Shown: piece after piece, positions 27,865-34,667 of the stretch
Layout: each line of letters begins with the position of its first letter
How positions within the stretch are numbered: position 1 is the first letter of the stretch
IMG/VR virus record: IMGVR_UViG_3300036825_000147
Location: 1-34,667 of that record
Reading direction: 5' to 3' (one strand)
DNA from: a virus
Lineage: Duplodnaviria > Caudoviricetes
Length of the DNA stretch: 34,667 bases
Notes under the pieces: generated by a model
Databases searched by the model: none
What the model saw: the letters and a program-made list of their open reading frames with translations, nothing else
Told to the model about the DNA's origin: nothing
Made by a program: the position numbers and the translations under genes

Positions 27865-30800
27865 ATGGCAGTAGCAGCAGTTGCCGTAGCTATTATCGCA
27901 GGGGCATCAGCAGCCGCAGCCGCATACGCAGCAGGGTTAGCTTTAGCAGCAGTAGTAGCTATAGGTATTGGTACAGCAGCACTATCTTACATTAGTTCAT
28001 CACAGATGATGAATGTAGGCCAAATGGGGGTAACGTATCCGAGTACGGGTAGTAACAATGCCCGATCAACATCACCAAGTACTGGCATACCGATTTCATA
28101 CGGCGGTTCTAACCGCAACGCAACAGAGGTAGCCTATAACAAGTTAGGCTCTATCGTCGTATGGCAGAACGTCTATAAAGATACTTCAAACCAGCTATGT
28201 ACGGTTCACGCGATCAGTATCGGTGAAATCGGGCAAGTACCAGGGGAACAATCACAAGGCGTAATCAAGCAGATCTATTTTGATAATGCTCCGGTACTCA
28301 TGGATGGTGCGTACATCATCACAGAAGGGATCGTACCTACCTCAATGATGATTGAGAAGTACCGTAAGTACCTACAGATTGAGGTACGTTTCGGTAAGCC
28401 GTCCTACGGCGGTTCTATGACGCTTGCCCGTCAATATGGCGGTAGTCAATGGACTGACAACATGCGTGGTGATGGTCTTGTACAGATCTGTACCGTAATC
28501 AAGAAAACCAACGATTCATTGATTGATGGGATTCTAACGAACCAGAACTATACGTTATCGGTAGAAATGCGTGGACGTATGATCTATGACTTAACTGATA
28601 ATGTACGTAAACCAAGTTCAAACCCTCCAAGCCAACTATATGACTTTATCACTAATACAGAGTTTGGATTCGGCCTTGATCCTAATGATATTGATATTAC
28701 CAGTTTCCGTAATATGGCAAACTATTGTGCTCAGAATCATTTCTATTCCAATGGTAATATTCAATATGATAAATCCTTTAAGGAAAACATTGAAAATATT
28801 CTACAAACATTTGGTGGTGTACTTTATGAATCAAACGGTAAGTACTATCTAACCGTTGATGCTCCAGACATTCCAAGTTTACATTTTGATGAAACAAATA
28901 TTATTGGCAGTGTGAATATCACAACGGGTTCTAAGTCTGACTATTTTAATACAATGGACAGTACCTATACAAACCCAGGCAATGACTATTCGCAAGATAT
29001 TATCCGTTATCCAAGTGATGCCATTAGTAACGCATCCATTGCTAAAGATGGTTATATTATTAAGAAGGATTTAAACTATCTTTGGGTACAGGATAAAAAT
29101 CAGCTTGCTATTCTTAGTAACATTGAATTACTAAAATCTAAGTACATTACGAACACGATTACTTTCAATACTTATGTAACAGATATGAAAGTATATGATG
29201 TGTTTACAATTGATTTTAAAGAAGCTGGATTTAGTAATAACAAGTACAGATGTATTCAACGTACTGTACCAATGACCGTAGATAAAGCAGGCATTATCCA
29301 GATCACCGCGATTTCGTATGATGATGGTATATATCAAGGAAAAGATCCGGGACAATTCCCACAAGATGGATTGACCAATCTACCTAACCCAACATACGTA
29401 GAACCGCCAAGTAACCTACAGGCTCAGCGTCTTGGGGCAACAGCATCAGGTAACACCGTTCTATTAACATGGGATCTTAGTCAGGATACAACTGTACGTG
29501 GTTATAAGATTCGTTATAAACGCAGTGATTCCAGTGTTTGGATCAGCATTGGTAACGTAGGGCAGTACTCTACGAGTTTTGAGATATTAAATCTTCTATA
29601 TGGTGTTCAGTACGACTTCGCTATTGAGTCGTATAATACCCTTGGTTATTCATCGGAATTAGTAGCTATCTATAATCAAACACCACAAGTTATATTCGCA
29701 TTACCGAAGATTACTAACCTTGATATGGTGAATGATGATGTAGGTTTAAACCAGACTTATGCTCAAGATTTCATTTTACGTTGGGATGATCAGGCTAACA
29801 TAGCCGTAAATGGTAAAACATTTGCTGATTTCTTCAAACATTATGAAATTCGTGTGTATGACCGATACAGGAACTACATCACATCGTACTACACCACTAC
29901 AAGCAACTGGACGTACTCATATTCAATGAATACCAGTGATGGCCTTAGCCGTTACCGTGTGTTTGGGATCATCGCTCATGGTTGGGGTACTGGTATCTAT
30001 AGTGAAGAAGTTCAGATTGAAGTTAGTAACCCACAACACCCACAATTGTTAGGTATCAATTTGAAGAGTGGTTATGATTCTGTGTTCATCGACTGGACTG
30101 AATCAAACGTACCGGATTATGCGGGGATAGTGCTTCAAATCGCACTTGATGAGGGGTTTAGTTCAGGGTCGAAGTACTTTAGCAGTGCTAACCGCTATTC
30201 AGCATCGTTTGGTATTGAAGATGGTTCATGGTTCGCACGTGTAGCAGCCTATGACGTTTTCGGACAGGATGAATTGGTATGGTCGCCTACTATCGGCTTT
30301 AACCAAAACACGAAGGTTCCATACAGCAAATTGAACGAAGATGTTATTGATAGTCTTCTAAATAGTGATACTGCTACTGGTATTGTTGAGAAACAGATCG
30401 TAGATGAACTTGGTTCACGCTGGCAGCTACAGGTATCAAACAACGGTAACGTAACGGGCATTGCTTTAGCCGCAGATGAAAAAACATCAGTGTTTACCGT
30501 AATGGCGGATCGCTTTAGTGTTATCAGTACGGATAGTGCCAAACTATCAGACAGGGTTTATCCACTTGTTGTTCAAAATGGGAAAGTATTTCTTAACTCA
30601 GCGGTTATAGCGTCAGCGAGCATCAACGAGGCCATGATAAATGACCTAAGCGTCTCACGAGCGAAAATTCAATCCGCAGCGATCGACAGTACAAAAATTG
30701 CACAAGCCTCGATCCTCAATGGGCACCTGGTTAATGGAATTATCGACTCTGCGAAGATATCCCAACAGATACAAAGTACTAACTGGGATGGTACGAATGG

Positions 30801-31395
30801 TTGGATGATTAACAAGAACGGTACAGCCAACTTTGGTAACGCTACTATTCGCGGTACGATTTTTGCGAACAGCGGAGTACTCAACAACGTTACTATCAAT
30901 GAAAACTGTAACATTCTTGGTACTTTAAGTGCCGCACGTATCGTAGGTGATATTTGCCGTCCTCAATCGACGGGTATCAACCCTGTACCGTTTATCTTTG
31001 GTTCACGTACTGTTTCTGGTGGTCAGGCCGCATTAGATCCAGTAGCAAACCAACACTATGTAGCGTTGCGTATTCGTGGTGAAGATTTCCCACGTTACTT
31101 CGATAGTGATTTATCAATTAGCTTGACCTCATATGAACGTCAATACTTCTATATTCGTATGGGTGGTGATGGAATTGGTTTAACCAACTTGTTCTATTAT
31201 GATGCTGGTAACGGTGGTAGTTCTACATCTTTCAGATTGAATTCTATATATGTACCGCCTGTTGGTCGTGGAAATTGGAACTATATCTATGTGATGTGTA
31301 CAACTTCACGTAGTGGCATTGCTTCACTTAATGTTCCTGCTAACTGGTCTTCATTCTTATATCGTGCTGGTGATCAACCTTTATATAATGCGTAA
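27865..31395 (+). CDS. Central tail tip / host specificity protein (gpJ-like, FN3 domains)
   Basis: 1176 aa; IPISYG, SSNP, FN3 (PPSNL, LTW, GYKIRY), F.VMADRF, GWMINKNG. Confidence 0.88.
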   Translation: MAVAAVAVAIIAGASAAAAAYAAGLALAAVVAIGIGTAALSYISSSQMMNVGQMGVTYPSTGSNNARSTSPSTGIPISYGGSNRNATEVAYNKLGSIVVWQNVYKDTSNQLCTVHAISIGEIGQVPGEQSQGVIKQIYFDNAPVLMDGAYIITEGIVPTSMMIEKYRKYLQIEVRFGKPSYGGSMTLARQYGGSQWTDNMRGDGLVQICTVIKKTNDSLIDGILTNQNYTLSVEMRGRMIYDLTDNVRKPSSNPPSQLYDFITNTEFGFGLDPNDIDITSFRNMANYCAQNHFYSNGNIQYDKSFKENIENILQTFGGVLYESNGKYYLTVDAPDIPSLHFDETNIIGSVNITTGSKSDYFNTMDSTYTNPGNDYSQDIIRYPSDAISNASIAKDGYIIKKDLNYLWVQDKNQLAILSNIELLKSKYITNTITFNTYVTDMKVYDVFTIDFKEAGFSNNKYRCIQRTVPMTVDKAGIIQITAISYDDGIYQGKDPGQFPQDGLTNLPNPTYVEPPSNLQAQRLGATASGNTVLLTWDLSQDTTVRGYKIRYKRSDSSVWISIGNVGQYSTSFEILNLLYGVQYDFAIESYNTLGYSSELVAIYNQTPQVIFALPKITNLDMVNDDVGLNQTYAQDFILRWDDQANIAVNGKTFADFFKHYEIRVYDRYRNYITSYYTTTSNWTYSYSMNTSDGLSRYRVFGIIAHGWGTGIYSEEVQIEVSNPQHPQLLGINLKSGYDSVFIDWTESNVPDYAGIVLQIALDEGFSSGSKYFSSANRYSASFGIEDGSWFARVAAYDVFGQDELVWSPTIGFNQNTKVPYSKLNEDVIDSLLNSDTATGIVEKQIVDELGSRWQLQVSNNGNVTGIALAADEKTSVFTVMADRFSVISTDSAKLSDRVYPLVVQNGKVFLNSAVIASASINEAMINDLSVSRAKIQSAAIDSTKIAQASILNGHLVNGIIDSAKISQQIQSTNWDGTNGWMINKNGTANFGNATIRGTIFANSGVLNNVTINENCNILGTLSAARIVGDICRPQSTGINPVPFIFGSRTVSGGQAALDPVANQHYVALRIRGEDFPRYFDSDLSISLTSYERQYFYIRMGGDGIGLTNLFYYDAGNGGSSTSFRLNSIYVPPVGRGNWNYIYVMCTTSRSGIASLNVPANWSSFLYRAGDQPLYNA

Positions 31396-31432
31396 TAAAT
31401 ACTATTACCAAATATAATACATAGGAATATAA

Positions 31433-31711
31433 ATGGACATCTTAACGATTGGTTCATTGATTGTTTCAGCTTTAGTATTGTGCTGGACTGTTTATAGGGA
31501 TTTTACATCTGACTCAGACGAATTAGATGCACGTATTTCTACCGTTGAAACGAAAGTTGCTTTGATGGATCAGTCTCTAACTTCGCTTGAGCAGGAACAA
31601 GATCAAATGAAGAAGACATTAAAAAACTTAGAAGATAGTGTACATATGCTTGATATTAAAATTGAGCGTGTAATTACAATGCTTGAAACGCTAAGAAATA
31701 AAAGGGGCTAA
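31433..31711 (+). CDS. Single-TM coiled-coil protein, possibly lysis-related
   Basis: N-terminal TM plus heptad region; adjacent to the lysozyme gene; AATAAATA at 31394-31401. Confidence 0.55.
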   Translation: MDILTIGSLIVSALVLCWTVYRDFTSDSDELDARISTVETKVALMDQSLTSLEQEQDQMKKTLKNLEDSVHMLDIKIERVITMLETLRNKRG

Positions 31712-31725
31712 ATAGCCCCTTTTTT
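31700..31725. terminator. Bidirectional terminator between convergent genes
   Basis: AAAAGGGGCTA-AA-TAGCCCCTTTTTT. Confidence 0.8.
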
Positions 31726-32170
31726 ATTTGTTGGTGAGTTCTGCAATCATCTGATCTACTCGTGATTTAGTTTGTCTGTACCAGAGTGAATCTTTAGCCT
31801 GTACAATCGCTTCTTTATAGTTTTTATCACGTAAGGCTTGAATCATCTTTCTGAACTTTAAAGTACCTGATAGACCAAGTTGAAAAACCATAATGGTCAT
31901 GAAGTCCTGCCAGTCAGAAGGCAAATCTAATCCTAATGAGCGAACAGAATACTTAGCAGTACTGATATCTTCTTCTAACATCCGTTCGGCTTGTTCTGGT
32001 GCAATACCGTTTGGATATGATTCACCAGGTTTTAGTAGTCGACCGTACCCAATAGTTTGATAACCAAGGCTATCTTTATATGTCCAAAATTTACCATTCT
32101 TAAAATAACCAATTTTAGTTTGATAGGCAATTGATCCCTCATAGCTAATTAGCCTGTTTTTTAAATCCAT
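31724..32170 (-). CDS. Endolysin, T4-lysozyme-like (GH24)
   Basis: EG...YKDSLGYQTIGYG, FQLG, SLWYRQT..R mirror T4 lysozyme motifs. Confidence 0.9.
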   Translation of the reverse strand: MDLKNRLISYEGSIAYQTKIGYFKNGKFWTYKDSLGYQTIGYGRLLKPGESYPNGIAPEQAERMLEEDISTAKYSVRSLGLDLPSDWQDFMTIMVFQLGLSGTLKFRKMIQALRDKNYKEAIVQAKDSLWYRQTKSRVDQMIAELTNK

Positions 32171-32172
32171 TA

Positions 32173-32210
32173 AATAAATACCTTATAATAATTATCATAG
32201 GGTATTTATA
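32173..32210. promoter_or_regulatory. Face-to-face pair of late-promoter motifs serving the divergent lysozyme and GIY-YIG genes
   Basis: AATAAATA (+, 32173-32180) and TATAAATA (-, 32210-32203), 29 and 32 nt from their respective ATGs. Confidence 0.62.
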
Positions 32211-32641
32211 TGAAGCAATGGAATTACAATGATGATTGGAGTGAGGAAGAATTAACAAACGGTAGTTATGTAGGATTCGTGTACTTGTTCCAGTTCGAAG
32301 ACAGCACCTTTTATATTGGTAGCAAACAGATGTATAAGAGAGTTAAGGATGTTAAGAAAATAAAAGCTAATTCAGTTGAAAATGGATGGCGTGAGTACAG
32401 TTCAAGTTCAAAGATAGTTAATCAAAAGATAGAAGATGGATTAGATTATACTCGTACCATTTTATGGGCTTTTCCATCAATGAAAGAAACACTATTCGTA
32501 GAAACAGCACTAATCATTAATCAGGGATTGAAAGCGGGAAATATTAATCTTTCCGTTATGCATAAGGCACGTTTGCCAAGTGGAAAGGATGCTGTACGTT
32601 TACGTGGAATACTTCAATCATTATATGAAATAATAAATTAA
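32210..32641 (+). CDS. GIY-YIG family nuclease-like protein
   Basis: GFVY-x9-YIG motif, WREYSSSS, conserved Glu and Asn downstream. Confidence 0.72.
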   Translation: MKQWNYNDDWSEEELTNGSYVGFVYLFQFEDSTFYIGSKQMYKRVKDVKKIKANSVENGWREYSSSSKIVNQKIEDGLDYTRTILWAFPSMKETLFVETALIINQGLKAGNINLSVMHKARLPSGKDAVRLRGILQSLYEIIN

Positions 32642-32650
32642 GGATGATTT

Positions 32651-33262
32651 ATGGCATGGCGTAGAGGGCATAGCCCACAAAATATGAGAACCTTCATTAA
32701 CCGAAACAGCCCACGTATAGGTTCACAGTTCAAGAAAGAACTAAGTGATCGTATGCGGATTGTTTCGAAAGAAATTCAACAGAAGATAAGCAGTGAAGCG
32801 GCAGGTGGGGTAGTGTCATTTACATCACGTTCTGTATTCTTCAAATTTCAAAAAGTTAATAACTTCGAAACCGTAAACCAGATCATAGTATTACCTAACC
32901 AAACCTCATACTTAAAATACATCCTTGACCCTTCCTATAAGACTACTACAGAAAAGAAAATGATTCCTATTAGTAGTAACGCAAATATGACTAAAGAAGG
33001 GAACATTAAGCAACTTCGGGCTAAATCCAGAAGTAATAAATACAAAAAGGTGAAGAGCAGGAACGGTAACACGTACTTAATCGACACTACCAAGAAATCA
33101 TCTAAGCGTAATCCAAAGCTGGCACGTGAAAAGAGGGTTATTGGTTACTATGGTTCCGTAGGCAGAAAACCATTGTTTGATTTCTACGATGAAACCGAGA
33201 AACAAGTAATAGAACAATTAAGAACATTACGCGGTACGTTTGATTACCGTTGGAGGAATTAA
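32651..33262 (+). CDS. Basic hypothetical protein, possibly a displaced neck/tail completion protein
   Basis: 203 aa, K/R-rich, AAGGA RBS; function guessed from composition. Confidence 0.5.
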   Translation: MAWRRGHSPQNMRTFINRNSPRIGSQFKKELSDRMRIVSKEIQQKISSEAAGGVVSFTSRSVFFKFQKVNNFETVNQIIVLPNQTSYLKYILDPSYKTTTEKKMIPISSNANMTKEGNIKQLRAKSRSNKYKKVKSRNGNTYLIDTTKKSSKRNPKLAREKRVIGYYGSVGRKPLFDFYDETEKQVIEQLRTLRGTFDYRWRN

Positions 33263-33263
33263 G

Positions 33264-33584
33264 ATGGATAACTTAGAAAATTTCCCATGTTATGATCATA
33301 CTGTACTAACAGATTTTTCTTTTCAGACAATCCAACCAGTAAGTGTAACCATACCATATGATAAAGCACTATCTGGTAGTAAGCTCATAAAAAAGAAGGT
33401 TGATAAAACAAAAGGTGATTTAGTCGTATACAGCTTTCATCATCATACAAAACCTAACGTAACTGATGGTGATGTACTAATGGTGGAGTTGCTAAAAGAT
33501 AAAATAGACGTTCAGGTACTACTATCTTATAACCACATCTATAAAGGTCATCGCGTATTTTCTTGTGTTTGCCAAATACAATAA
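33264..33584 (+). CDS. Hypothetical protein
   Basis: GGAGG RBS supports the ATG at 33264. Confidence 0.65.
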   Translation: MDNLENFPCYDHTVLTDFSFQTIQPVSVTIPYDKALSGSKLIKKKVDKTKGDLVVYSFHHHTKPNVTDGDVLMVELLKDKIDVQVLLSYNHIYKGHRVFSCVCQIQ

Positions 33585-33593
33585 GGACTAATT

Positions 33594-33887
33594 ATGATTG
33601 GTGTGATAGTAGAACTACTAACAAAAGGTGTGGACTTCTTTCTAAAACGTAAAACGATAGAACAGGAAGTGCAGAAAACAAATGCTGAAGGACAAATAGA
33701 AACCAACAAAGAAGAGATAGAAAAGGTTACTTTCCACTGGCGTAATGCTCTTGGATTTGTGATCACCTTAATCATTCTCTATAACTGGATCATAGTACCA
33801 GTACTGGATGCTTTCGGTATCGTGGTCATTCAAGTACCATTAGGGCAACTACTGCAAGTACTATTGATTATGGTCGGCGGAAGCTAA
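33594..33887 (+). CDS. Putative holin (3TM-holin-like)
   Basis: WRNALGFV...YNWIIVP and C-terminal hydrophobic segments. Confidence 0.62.
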   Translation: MIGVIVELLTKGVDFFLKRKTIEQEVQKTNAEGQIETNKEEIEKVTFHWRNALGFVITLIILYNWIIVPVLDAFGIVVIQVPLGQLLQVLLIMVGGS

Positions 33888-33910
33888 AAAAAGCCCCTGG
33901 TGGGGCTTTT
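33886..33910. terminator. Bidirectional terminator
   Basis: AAAAAAAGCCCC-TGGT-GGGGCTTTT. Confidence 0.8.
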
Positions 33911-33971
33911 ACTTTATGATAACTAACAACGAAACTTGTGTATAATTAATTTAAGAAATATTTACTTGTTA

Positions 33972-34667
33972 TTAGTTGTTGCTGTATTTGAATATGTCAA
34001 TGTATTTCCTTTTCAGTAGTGCATCATATATATAACCAACAGTGTCAATTCTTCCAACAATGCTATTGGCAAGTGTTTTTATATCTTCGTTACTTAATTT
34101 CTTTGCTTGGTTAGCATTAGAGGAGAACATAGCCAATTGTTCTCTAATAGTATTGCATTCAGATTGACATGTAGTAAGATGAACCCTGGTTTTTTCCCAG
34201 TGTTTTTTACATTTAAATATAATTCCCCAATGCGAGAAGCTATGTATAAGTAATATTTGATTGCTTATGCAAATAAAATAATCTTCTTGGATTTTATTTA
34301 TTTCTTCTTTAAGTGTTAGAGCGTTTTTTTCTGTTAACTTTTCTGTTTTTGCCACATGTAGTAGTGCATACTTCAAACGAGCTAATATAACCATCAATTT
34401 TAAAAATTCTTCAAGTAATTCCTCAGAACGTTTAAATGCTTTTTCATTAATTTTAGAATTAACCCATTTTTTAACTTGATATGCTGAGTAGATCGCCAAG
34501 AGTAAAGCACAGACCGCTACAGTTGCTGATAAACCTGGGGCAGTAATTTTCTTTGGGTTTTTAAATAAAAGCCATGTGATAAATTCGGTTAGCAATACAC
34601 CTACAAATAATGATTTTATATGTAAAAGTTTAACTCGTTCAAATTGTTTTTTAGCCCATTTTTTCAT
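33972..34667 (-). CDS. Membrane-anchored hypothetical protein, paralogous to 7103-7786
   Basis: 231-aa ORF with two N-terminal TM segments and the shared motif. Confidence 0.72.
   Translation of the reverse strand: MKKWAKKQFERVKLLHIKSLFVGVLLTEFITWLLFKNPKKITAPGLSATVAVCALLLAIYSAYQVKKWVNSKINEKAFKRSEELLEEFLKLMVILARLKYALLHVAKTEKLTEKNALTLKEEINKIQEDYFICISNQILLIHSFSHWGIIFKCKKHWEKTRVHLTTCQSECNTIREQLAMFSSNANQAKKLSNEDIKTLANSIVGRIDTVGYIYDALLKRKYIDIFKYSNN

Overview
An AT-rich integrative phage-like element, probably from an enterobacterial host (inferred from a LexA box and the accessory gene types). The window runs from the ATG of a large serine recombinase (1-1935) to the ATG of a terminal accessory gene, so the att sites fall outside it. 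The left arm is very small: a 55-aa membrane ORF, an RHH-type protein, a NUMOD4-HNH nuclease, a 153-aa unknown protein and an iteron/hairpin origin-like region. An accessory block follows (4.2-11.2 kb: HNH nuclease pair, DUF2778/Tlde1-like gene, LexA-box gene, standalone EAL phosphodiesterase, membrane proteins). Next is a complete lambda-like siphovirus morphogenesis module (terminases, portal, protease-scaffold-capsid fusion, two tail-tube paralogues, GH8-like protein, chaperones, tape measure, tail tip), then scattered lysis genes. Main observations: (1) I recognise no CI/Cro repressor, Q/N antiterminator, helicase, primase or polymerase. (2) T4 gp55-type late-promoter motifs (TATAAATA and NNTAAATA variants) sit at consistent spacing before many genes, including face-to-face copies between two divergent genes. 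(3) A manual scan found no GCGC and about 60 AGTACT. Together these suggest, as inference, a virion-complete element that depends on an infecting T4-like helper phage for transcription and replication. Motif counts are by eye, and product calls rest on remembered motifs and synteny, not on searches.
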